Source of the DNA: Balanoglossus misakiensis
Lineage: Eukaryota > Animalia > Hemichordata
NCBI GenBank assembly: GCA_040954595.2
Contig: CM082598.2
Location: 4,024,607-4,088,606 of the forward strand
Reading direction: 5' to 3'
Length of the DNA stretch: 64,000 bases
Shown one piece after another: positions 27,413 through 39,949 of this stretch. The notes under the pieces are model-generated. The model did no database searches. It saw only the letters and a list, made by a program, of their open reading frames with translations, and was not told the DNA's origin. The first letter of the stretch is position 1. The number at the start of each line of letters is the position of its first letter. The position numbers and the translations under genes were made by a program.

Positions 27413-29627
27413 AATGTTTGATTGAAGCATATTTTATAGAGTTTATACAGCTCTATAAAGCTCTTCTGATGTATAAACATCCCCCTTTCTCAAACTATAT
27501 CTTGATGATATTGCTGCTTTTACATGAAACTTTATGGAAACAAGTTTGTCAGCCTCAATCATTGTCCAGTTGTTTGTTTCTTGTAACAGACACAGATTAA
27601 TTATGACAAATTTGCGTATTTATATCAACTCATGCACAATATAAAAAAACTGGAAAATTTTACATGTAAAATCATTTAGTCTTACAGGGAATATATAAAC
27701 CTTTTGATGCGTAATTTGTTTTTATAAAATTATCTGTCTTGTGATGTGATTACACAAAATTTCAATTCTGGAAATCTGTAAATGTTATTGACAGATTCAT
27801 CAATTACCTGCAAAGACAGATTAATATTTAATCACAAAATTAGCCAATTCTGCCTATAAATTTAAAAGTCGACCAAAAGGTTGCAAAAGAGTGACATACA
27901 TACCAAGGGAGGCAAACGGGTGATGCGAAAATTGCAGTAAAATCAAATCCGCAAATGAAGGCAATTGCTTTCATTGCAGTTTGTCTGACCTCTACTGATA
28001 AAACATGCCCAGCAAATTATAGTACAAATACTGTCGATGGCAACCTGTGTTTCATTTACTGAAACTGAGTTGGCAGTAACACAGATTAGACCCTTGTTCA
28101 ACTTCAACTAGCCATAATCATCCCTCCCTAGTAGCAGGGCCTTTAGTCGTAATCAGTCTGTGAATCTATTCTATCGCTAACAGATCTTTTAATTCACTCA
28201 CTTTGGTGAATTAATTCAGCCTTGGCGATTTCTTGATAGGTACATTTTGTGTTCTTTTGTATCTCTCTTTATTAAATTACCTACAGAATTTGCTTCCAGC
28301 TGTGCACGTCCAATATCTTGGCTCGACTTTCCTTTCTTCCATTGTACAGACCAGACATTGACTATATCCAAGTCTCCAAAGACACATAAAAGCTTTCTTC
28401 AAGGACAACATATTCTCTTTCAAACATCAAAGAGAAAATATCATGTTTCACCTTGAAATTTTATGAAATTATATCTACTAGGGATATCTACTTTACTTTT
28501 AATCCACACAAGTAAATTAAATACAATAGCTATTAATGCTATTCTTCAGACATGTACTTTCAGGTGTCTATAAACTTCTTATCTATCTATAAGCTGAATT
28601 ACTGGTGAATGCCTGAAAGTGTACAAGTGAAAGTTTCGAGATCATCTTGCATTATCGGTACGGAGACAAGGTTGAGAAGACCTCATTCTGCAGCAGTGCA
28701 TGCTGGGAATGGGTCATAAAATCCAACGTAATCAATGTGTGATACATCCAGTGATTTGGAAAATGGGAGGATAAAACAGGAATTTATTGAATTCACTTTG
28801 TTTTAATTAAATTGCCTGAATTTGTACAGTTATTTTAGCAGGTACTCACTGAGAAAACCAATTTCAAAGGCTCAATTTTGTTGCCATTTTGCAAGCAATT
28901 TAATTACTTGTCCTGCAGGTAGGATCTTGCAGCGAAAACCACTTTGAATTTGTTATATATACCAGTGTTAGTGTTACTAATACTTGTATATATGACAAAT
29001 TTATAGCTATTGACACTTTCACATTACTACTAGTAGTTTGTTTTGTTTTTTGTTCTGCAAATAAAGCATTTCATAAGTGATCATCTGACACTCATATTTT
29101 TACATATCATGCTAAAATCAAAATTATTCAATACTTCAATAACCTCTGTAAAATCTTGTAATAAATTAATATCAGCAATTACATTTTGTCATGCGTGCCT
29201 GAAAAGATACTTCCTATTGCCTTGAGGTTTACATTCATCGTCAGATACTGAAAGCTGATACAAAGATTGAATCACTCAAGATCGTAATCTTATTAACTTC
29301 AGGGCGAAATGTGGGAGAAACAATCCCAACAGCGGCATCTATAAAGGGTTTTCAAAGTTCAGACTGACTATATTCCCATAGAAACCACAAACTGGATAAT
29401 CTTGATGATCGTAGAGACATAATGCATTAGCAGTTTACAAGGACACAAGGTTTTCCTATAGCTTTAGGTAAAACTTCACTTTGATATTAAGAATTAATGT
29501 TCATTACATGCCAGTACTAGTAGAATAATAAGAATGATTTCGTTTCTAAAAGCATCGGCAGAATCTTCCCAACACCACTTATTTAATTGAGATCAGTTAG
29601 GTGGTTTGAGAAACATCAAAAACTTTC

Positions 29628-29630
<3 letters not shown>

Positions 29631-29669
<39 letters not shown>
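29631..29669. repeat. (CAT)n microsatellite
   Basis: About 12-13 perfect CAT units. Confidence 0.95.
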
Positions 29670-32600
29670 CTATAATCATCATTATCACCATATATATGCA
29701 TACCTATTCAATAAAAAAGTTGCTAGAGGATACATTACCACAAGCCATATCACCATGAAAAACTCATAAAATAAAACAAAAATAAGCTTAAAGGATGGTT
29801 ACTATAGATACCTCATCAAGTCAAATTGTGATGGCCTGTTGCCATAGGGACAGTCACGCCTGACGCCAGCAAGAATTTCAGACGAATTTGTAAGGCTTAT
29901 ACATCCATCGCGTATTTGTCACATCGTGAAGAAAACGAAATTCAAATCCTACTTTGTTCCACTTTACTGCAACAACAGTTCAGGGAATACGATAAGCTTA
30001 AAATAGATGTAACAGTATTCAAGAACGTTTCGAGATAAAGCTTTGAAAATAGGCATGTGTATTAGGGAACCTTTCAAACTAATCAGTTGTATAAGGCGAT
30101 TTTCAATCATGTTTCAAAATAAATTTAAGCCGTTAATGTTTTGCAGTTTAGAATTGAGACACAATTCAGGGAATGTGCATCAAGATGAGACTGTACATAC
30201 ACAGAAGAAAAATACTGAATTAAAGCCCAAAGTTACAGCTAATGTCCCTTCAAAAATATTCTCTTCTGTCATAGAGATTTTGCATCCATCAGATGCATAC
30301 CATCTTTGTGAACGAGGCCAGACAGTCAAAACTGGAACTTGTTTCTATTTAAAGATCCACCAACTTTTCATCAAGCAACTGTTCGATACACTCCTAAAGT
30401 GCTGTCGTTTAAAAGATCACAGAATTGATTTCTGCAAGATAAGTGAGGATCAGTCGAACGTGACACAGGTGTGTGTTGCCCTTGAACAAATCTTGCAGAT
30501 GCATGCAATCGTGTCAGTCTACAAAACGGTTGCCATGTCAACCAGATGGCCACAGGAAATAAACTTCAAGAATCTCTCATCAGGAGACAAGAGCATTTTA
30601 ATGGATGCTGTATAGCATTTTGATGATAATTTAATAGTCTTCTCATATTACCAATTAAAGATTAAATGAACCATAAGAATGAAGACGATTAAACCGTAGG
30701 ATTTCTTTGACTGGCAAATTGAAAAAAAATTACTGTTGACTTTTAGAGATATCATATACCACACATGAAGTTTAGCGAATGGCTATTTTAACAGAACTTT
30801 ACTGAGAACATTAATACATCTGAATTAACATCTGAAAAATACATTCAGAACTCCTATCAATCAAAATGAATACACTTTTTTTTTACTTGGTAGACTATTT
30901 CTGTAAAATTATTATGACTTTAGCAGCTGTTGAAGAGAAAAGATGAAAAGCTTTTCAAGAAGTCTACATTATAATTTTTATCAATCAAGATATGTACTCT
31001 ATGTTTGGAAAAATCCATCTTAGTGAGGGGTTAACTAAAATTGTCAAAAAATAATTCAAGATCTACTTCCTTCCCTGACCTCATTTACCTAACTGTGTTG
31101 TCATCTGATCTCATTTGCATAATTTGATGTCACTTGTCAAGTACTTCTCTTTATCTCAAGCACACTGACCTCAAGAAACTGCGAGATTGTCAAGAACATA
31201 ATATTTCCCTAGCAACCGTTGCGAGGACATAAATCCCAACAACCTTCCCTTAATGATATCATCAGATTTATATTATTACCTGTATTGAAACAGTATCTGC
31301 CTGCACTAGAATCTTTAAACGGGAAATTGCTGCCTTCATTATTAGATCCAAGTAGAAGGATGGATGGTACATGGCATGTAAAGTGATATCCCAGGATATC
31401 AGATGTAATAAAAGTGACATACTCTGTCAACGGTGAAAAAGTCTCAGACAGGATGACTACATAGGGCGGGATATCCAATAAACTACAGAGAGGGCAAGAG
31501 AAAAATGACTTCTCCCTCCCTCCCTGCAATGTGGAAGTAAAACTGTAATCCATATAGTTTATATAAGACGACAAACCTGTGTTCCAAGTGAGAGTTTTAA
31601 GTTTTAACCGATGAATTTCATCCTCACAGTCTAATGTCAATAATGGATGTAGAACATGACTATTACAACTTACAGACAATGATAAAGAAGTTCCGTAATA
31701 ACAATTATTTTTCAGCACATTCCTACATACAGTTGCTATCACTATCACCTATTTTGTACATGTATGTGTTATATGGTCCAAGCTCAATACTGTGACAACT
31801 ATAAGTCCCTTTAAATTCTCATTTAAGTAAAGTTGTATTTTTAAACATTAAAGAACCTCAGAATTCTTAAATGTTAAAATGTTTCATTTGGGATGACTTG
31901 ATTTTTTCACAGAATGAATAACTTATCACAACATAGTGATTTTCTCCAGGAAACATCATCTGAAGCTCAGTTGAGCAATGAAAACATTGTTATTCACAGA
32001 TATGAACCCACACGCACTTGGTTAATTTGCAACTATCTAGTGTAAAATCAATCACAACTTGCCTTGAAGGCAGTATGCAGAACTGACAGCTTGAACTGTT
32101 AAAAGGTTTTTGTAACCTGCAATTCAGGATGTACAAGAGATTTGTACCCAACAGGAAAATTCAATGAGCAGAATAAATGGAAATAAAATCTGAATACCTT
32201 GTAATCTACATCTATATGTACTTTTGACACATTGTGAGAACACATTGTACGTTGCCCTTTACAATGATTCATACACATGTACTTCTGAAATATTAATTTT
32301 TGAACCACCATCATTTTACTAGTACTAAGGCCGTTTTCTGTATTTCTAATATGTGTACATGAAATTTTAGTTGACAACAAGTGTATTACTCTCAGAGTCA
32401 TTAACCAATTCAGGTCTATCATCTATATAGACTTAGCAAAGTGGTCAATATTTGCAATTTAATGAAAATGATTACATGGAATAAATCACCAGTAATCAAA
32501 CATCTCAACTGATATATACAACTTGTAACAATGTATAAATTACTAATTACTACAGAAAAGAATTTTTTGTTTCGTTTTATAGTTTTTATGAGTATAATGT

Positions 32601-35207
32601 AGATTTCACTAGCTATTTTGAGAGAGTATAACCAATTTAAAAACTGAACATTAATACTAATAGTAAAGGTAGAAGTGTGTATCAGAGATTACCCCTCCCC
32701 ATTAATGTCAAATGAATGTGCCCTTAAGTTAAGATGACTCATTTTTCTATACAACAATTTCATCTGACCTAAACTACAAGGACAATCACAAGGCCAATAG
32801 AAATCTTAAATTCTCCTGACAGTTTCTTCATCAATAATTATTTTCCTGTTTTATTTCTCAGTATAAACCGTGCTTCTGATAAGAAATGATCTTGAATAAA
32901 TGCCACGAACCTACATGTCATTCTCATTTCACGTGTATTGATGTTTTCGTATATATTGGATTCCCAATGAATTTTGCTAGTAACTGCCAAATTTACATGA
33001 TAATGTCCCATTGAAATGTGCCACAGTTGTTGACATTTGCACAGCTTTCCTTCACTTACAGTATTCAAAAATGCCTTAACCACGTCATGTTTGGTGAAGA
33101 ATATCACCGCTTTAGGGATTTGGCTTAGAAATCGTAAACTTCGAGAAGGAAAATGGGATGTAGCTTCGCCAAAGGGCAAGTAAAGATCATTAAAATTCAA
33201 CTCAGTTTCCTTCGAGGAAGACGCCAAAGAAATGTCTGTAGACAGGTAAATTAATTGACAAGAGTGTAATGTTGATGTCTGCTTTTTCTAACGTACTTGA
33301 TATTTTACATGACAATTTTGACTTCATCTGCTTGCGTTCTTTATAATAGATTTAAAAGGAGAGATGTTTTTTCAGCTTTTTCCATTCTGTCTGTATCAAA
33401 TATACACCAGGGTGAATTACGTGTATACAAGACAATAAATGAAGCTAGCAGTAGCTGTCTCACTGAGTCATTGTAGAGCTGCCTTATTTCCAGACTAACA
33501 TGGACACAAATTTTAATGGTGAAATTTTTCCGTGATGTGGAAAATTAATTTCCGTCTGCACAAGAAATTAGCGTGTCATAAAATAGATCACCTGCCGTGA
33601 AAATTTACAGGAAATTAAGTATTTCCCTTGACACAAAATAATGGGGGAATTTTTTAAGTTTGCTATAAACAAGCCTTTTGGGTATTGTCTCCTCAAGAAT
33701 CAGTTAAAGATATTCAAGTCCGTGTACATGTAGCTTGCCTTTTTTTCCAAAAAAGAACACCATCTTATCTTCAGAGCTATGTTTTGAATTCATTCCTGAG
33801 ATTTTGCCTTTGGAAATATTATTTCAATATTGGTACTGGATTTGGACAATCAAAGTCAGATTCTGTCACATTTTTGGCATAAAAACCCATATTTCTTGAC
33901 GTGTGTACTTCTGTAGAATAAACAACAGCCCTATTGTCTGTGCATAGAACTGTTTATTGGGAAACAAACAGTAATCTGTGGATTGCATATGCCCCTTTAA
34001 ATGTATATTCTCTCATCCATTATTGATGATGCTGTGCCTGATTGCCTTAATACGAGAGATAAGATTTTCTATTCATCTTGACAATCAACATCACATGGCA
34101 AGTCAAAATCAATTAACTAATGTGAAGTCCCTCCAGGGTGATCACCAGGTTATTTTCTAGGAGATCGAAAATATTTTGAATATAAAGCTGTTGCCATGGA
34201 TTTTTGCGATACACATTTGTCAGCTGCAATTTCCCTTCCCTTCCCTTCCCTTCTAACATTTAGCATTCAACTCGAGCGACCTCATTTTCCTGAACATGGC
34301 CTTGATATTCATTTCATTATGTACAACGATTCAGAAGTACGTGTACTTGAAACGAAGTTCACCTTGTCAATGTATGACAGCAAACTACGACAAAAAACAC
34401 TCCCACTTTAAAGATTTAAGGTCACACAATAGTATATGCAAATTTAATCATAGTTGCCATGGAAAGTTGTGATCTAGCCAATCACAATGTGCCCTACCAT
34501 AGACTTGAACACACCCTTTTTACCATATATGGTCAAATGTAAATTAAAGGTGATTGTATATCTTTAACCTAAATTTGATAAAAATCGCTATTAAAGCCCA
34601 CATCATGTCTGTGACAGTGTGAATGTAATGCGAGATTCGTGTCCTACATATCAAAGCAATTTACAAGACTTGTGTTCTGAAGAGCCGAAGGTAATTTGCC
34701 AGTGAGATGGTGTTAGATTTGCGTGCAGGTAACACACTGAAAGGCTGTGTGAAATTTGTTAGTTCAAACAAAAGTTTACCGAGTACATACAATCAGATGT
34801 GCAGATTCAATCTGAACTTGTCTGTTACAGTTAATAATAAGTTTCAATTCCTAACTATCACTCACTACTCTGACTGATTACAAATATTGGAAGAAATGTC
34901 GCAAATCAACATTTAGAGACACAAATATTTATTGATGTGGTGTTTTTCTGGTATGATTCATTCAACTGCAGAAACATATGCCATAGAAACACCTGAACTT
35001 GATCATGTGCATCAGTTTCACTCTGAAATCAACTAGGCTCTGCTGAATGATTGACAGCTGGTTATCACATGTATCAACTCAGTTTGGCACAACGCCAAGA
35101 AGGTGTACTGTGAAGGTTTGAACTTTCGTGAATGGGAACGGGTTCGGATTCATTCCAATTAGAGATTGGGGACATAGATGAATGGATGTGAAAATGGAAA
35201 TGACAGT

Positions 35208-35302
35208 TGGATGGGTGGGTGGATGGATGGATCAGGATGGATGGATAGATAGATAGATGGATGGATGGAACGATGGATGGATGGAACGATGGATAGATGG
35301 AT
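35208..35302. repeat. (GGAT/AGAT)n compound microsatellite
   Basis: Directly visible tetramer repeats, followed by (GATT)n and AT-rich repeats up to ~35490. Confidence 0.9.
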
Positions 35303-38300
35303 GAAGAGAGGAGGGGGGGGTAAGGATCAGGAAGATGGATGAAAGATGGATACATAGCATTATTGTCTTCCTGATTAATTGATTGGTTTGACAGTTAACT
35401 GATTGATCATTGATTGATTGATTGACTGATTATTTATTTATATATTTTATTTTATTTTATTTTGTTTTATTTAATTACTTATTAATTACTTACGTACTCA
35501 CTTTGGGAATACTTCAAACGAAAAACACAGAAATGCTTACAATTCTCAAAAATGGTGATTAGCTCTAATCTAAAAACCATATTTTTTATGAAAGATAGAT
35601 AGATCACTGCAGATGGAATGGCCAACTGACATGAAGGAGCTGACGGATCTAGGTTTTACATTAAAAGAATTCAAGCCAAGGTCACATTCACCTGTGCACA
35701 TGATACTCGCTGTCCCCAGATTCATATTACAATGCATTACTAACGACTTTGACAGAGCTGACACCCTTGACCCTGAACTGAGGATCAACCTGAAGCTACC
35801 ATAATGGCACCAATTAGGGGTCATCTCAAAACCACGCACAATTTTAACACCTTGTAAAAGTAGTATATGTAGTTTTAAATCATATGTATCGGTAATCAAT
35901 ATTTTGTAAGTAATAGTTAGACTTTCACATAATATAAAATAATACAAGGGTTTGTAAGCTTTGTTGTTTAATGAAGAAAAGTTGCAAGATCACTGGACTA
36001 GACCTACAAAATATAGCTTAGATTTAACACCCCTATTCAACTTTCCAAATTCTTTGACAAAAATAACAGAATGAGAAATATTAACATTTTTGAAATCAAG
36101 AAAAGGCAGGCCAGAATACAGGGCGGTCTAAAAAAGAATTGTGATGAAAGTGACGAATATTGGAATATTTTTGCCTAAATCCCTTAATGCAACCTCCATG
36201 ACGCACATAATCGTTTCTGACAGGTAAAAGTTGTCAGGTGCTCAAAGGCATACAACACTGATGATTCACTCCGATGCTAAAAAAGGTTTTTCTTCTACAA
36301 GGTTTTCCAGGAAATAATCTTATTCTGAGCCTTTTCAGGTTTTCTCGACCGCCAAATAGAAATTCAAATCTAATGATCAGCGGTAACAGCTGCCGGCTCT
36401 GAACAGAAAATACGTGACATTGAAAATCAAATTGACAGGCGAATGAGACTGCGTGAGTGGGTACTACAGAGGTGAAATTTTTTATGTTACTGGGGAAACT
36501 GAACAACATTTTTATGTCATATAAAGTACTCGTGTCCTTTTGGTTATTGAAAAACCACTGATTGCCGACAGAGTGAATTTACCATGCCTGTAAGCACAAT
36601 ACAATCCAAACATGCAACACAAACGTCATTAATCTTTACATAAAACCACGGTTGTACAAGCAAAGTTCTGCGTACCAACGACCTACAACAAGCAGAATAA
36701 AATTATTCATGAGTAATAACAGAAATACAGGGGTAATCTACCCTACAGTACCCAGTCCAATTTCTCAAGCTTTAGTGACTCAAGATTTACTTTCTGTTCC
36801 TCAAATGTTCAATTATTTTGCTGACTGGACAATTTTGGCATGACTCAATGACCATACAGTAGTCAGTTTGTTTTTCGTTTCAATTTTACATTTTTCAAGG
36901 TTAGTCTATTAAAATTTAGTCAAAGACGGTTGTTGTTCTTGGGTGTTTGGATCTGATTGAGTTAACGTTAAATCAGAATATCTGAAAGACCACAGGATAT
37001 TTTGATTTCAAATGGCAGAAAATTCCTGGTATACATCTAACTGGGAGGTCAGCACTTAAAAAATATTGAAAAATCTCAGACGCATGCATAAGTACACAAA
37101 GCCTGTGGTGAACCGCACGCTCCAGACAAGATCACATGTCAACGAAGTGTGGGGTAAATGAGAAGTAATGGTTCTTTAATTTTGTGGGTTTGTCATCAAA
37201 ATATCAGTACACGCTCCTATTGCTTTAACCTCTGACCTCCTGATCAGCACATGTCACTATGGCGATGGATCACATGTCAGTGACTGGCTGAGAACTGTCC
37301 AGACCACTTCGATTTACTCTCTAATTACCAGAGCTTTGGGAACTATATTCAAGAAATTATAGACATCTTCTAGTTCTCGAAAAAAGGGTATATGATGGTG
37401 ACTTCTTTGCATCAATGTATATCATATGGATTTGTGGGTAGACTTTCTAACTCTATTTTTTAAGTATCTTTCCTGAAGTTTTCTTGGTGAATATTTCCAC
37501 TTCATAAATATATTCTGATTTTTTTAGAAGAAAAAATTAAATATATTGGGAGCACAAGACTGATTGTGTACATTTCTTACATTATTTCAGATTTCTTACA
37601 TTTTTATCATAAAGATCTAGTGTTTGTATTACATTTCCTGCAAATGGTTATCTAACTTCACATCTTGTTTAAAAATCTATTTCATTTCTAACTTCACATC
37701 TTATCTAAGAATACACCTTATCAAATTTGCAAGCATGGAGCAATGTAAGGAAATAAATTGTGATGCGTATCATGGTGGCTGAAAATTAGCTTTCCCTTGA
37801 AACAAGCATTGGTGCAATGAATAATGGGTATTTTACACCCTACACTGCAGTGAATCATTTCAAAGTTGTGAGTGAAGCAACTGTACAAATATTATGATTA
37901 CCGTAATTTCATCGCTTGTATTAACAACACTGCTGCGAAAATTCACGACAGATCAGAAAAAATATTGCCACATACCTAAGCATCGCTGACATTTCTATAT
38001 GATACTCAAATAAATTACTGCATGACTGTGTGTGGCATGGACAAGAAATGTGAAATGGGATGAAATAAAAAAGGGATTACAACTACTATAGTTCATTCAT
38101 AATGTTTAATGTAAGTTACAATTGTCTAGAAAAATATTTCATTTCAGCAATGGGTTTAGCTTAGCTTCCCTACCATTTTCTTTATAGAAACATGACAAGT
38201 ACACCTTTTATATAAGGACTTAAACCAGATTTTGTTTTATATAAATTCTAGCTTATATTTATTTTCTAATTTCACACTTAGCTTGCACATATATCTGTTT

Positions 38301-39563
38301 AAGGCACAGAGGTTTGAGGCAAGATATGGATAGGCGAACTTCCCTGTTTCTGCTTAACATGCTTAAGCTTGCCCCCCATTTTGCCATTTTTAAGGATAAA
38401 AAAAACTATTTGAATTAATTTTACTAACTGCAACTACTAAATCAACTTATGATTGTTCATCATACTTTTTTATGCCATAAAATATATCCACATTTATCAG
38501 ATCTAAGTAAATCCATTAAAATCATCTTCCTGGATACAGTAAATATTTTAATATATGCAAGGCAAACCGTCCAACAGCGAGGCTCTAATATTGAGCCAAT
38601 AGAAACTGAGACATTTACCCATGTGATAAACATGCTAATTTCATAAGCCACGTTTTAATTGCTTGCGCAATTTTGTTACATTTTGCTCAAAAAAAGTCTG
38701 AATGGACATTGAAATAGACAACAAAACTAATGGAACCACTGTTTACTTTTTACTTGACAATAAATTGTCACCTCCAGTGAAATTATTCACACCTTCATGT
38801 GTAGACTATATTTCATTTTTATCATTTCACACACACGTTTAAAAAAACTTTCAACGCCAATGCAAGACCAACTTGTCCGCCATCTTTCACAAAATTACCG
38901 TGACCCTCGTCACTTTTCTACATTTTCTTTTCTAAAAGAAATTAACGATACCAATGGCAATTATTTTGGTTCAAAATCAACTTGATAGGGTAGGCGCCGC
39001 ATCGAGAAGTTTAGACGGTGCCGAAACTTCAAACGGCCTGGGAATAATAGCAGACCGCAAAGCCACGGGTGAGGAAAGCGCGTGTTGAAAAATATCGACT
39101 CCGGGGAAAGAGGTGTCGTCTGCTACGCGGTCGTCGCGAACCGCAAATATCATCCGCATATTAGTAAACAGGGTATACTTTTAAGAGAATGAACTAGGGT
39201 TTTTTAAAAACGGGGGATTTAGTATTACACCACTAATCTCTTATTTTTGAACCCATTACTTCAAGCAATGTATCCATCTGGATTATAATCGGGTGCCACC
39301 CGGATTACACAAAAATCTGAAAACTTACAAACCGCGCCTAGCCTGAAAGCTGAAGTGGGATTGAAGTGACTTACCTCCGGGGAGAGAAAAAGTAACCGCC
39401 AATTCTGTAACGGTATCTTGCAAATTTACGTCCTGAATTTCTGTCTATCGGGTTCTACTTACTTTCGTCCGAGATCAATTTCTTCACGACGTGCCTAGAA
39501 GGCGGCGTCTTTGAACACGGCAAGAAAGTGACGACAATGTATCAAGAAATGAAATTGACTTAC

Positions 39564-39638
39564 TCTTTTCTGTTCATCCCAGCGATAGGCAGTTTTCCGT
39601 CCATATCTTCCTCTTTCACTGTATCCACCCTCTGCCAT
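39564..39638 (-). CDS. NAV2: Neuron navigator distal first coding exon A (MAEGGYSERGRYGRKTAYRWDEQKR)
   Basis: ATTATGG start, 25 codons, phase-0 donor AGA|GTAAGT. Length and the ending DEQKR match the recalled human NAV2 distal exon MESVSESSQQQKRKPVIHGLEDQKR|IYTDW; position is head-to-head with E2F7/8. Confidence 0.8.
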
Positions 39639-39949
39639 AATTCCTCGTTAACACCTTGAATATTTTTCTCACGTCTCTATCATGTTTTCCGCGGTGAAGG
39701 TTGTCGTTTGCTGAACTGAAACGGCCGAGATATTCCAGGACACAATCGCGCGCGTCAAATCACACATCCCATTTCCAAATTGATATTTCTTCAGAACCGC
39801 GGACAAGAACAGACGCGCTTTCGGTGTGTAGACAGTTGTAAATCCAATAGAAGAGAAGTATGTCTCCAGAACGCCGACTGCTCGCCAAATCCACTTCGAA
39901 AGGATGGAGATATCCAAGGATGAGTCAAGCCGTCTCCGAGAACTGCTTC

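Noticed and set aside
29587-29769. Poly-histidine ORF
   Set aside because: Translation of a (CAT)n microsatellite.
30043-30615. 190-aa plus-strand ORF
   Set aside because: TTG start, AT-rich, no recognisable domain or splice context; lies antisense within the NAV intron.
31209-31748. 179-aa minus-strand ORF
   Set aside because: Non-ATG start, random-looking composition, no motif.
33060-33235. Possible internal minus-strand exon (TACAG|...|GTAAGT, open frame)
   Set aside because: Phase 1-0 is incompatible with the phase-0 first exons and there is no recognisable homology.
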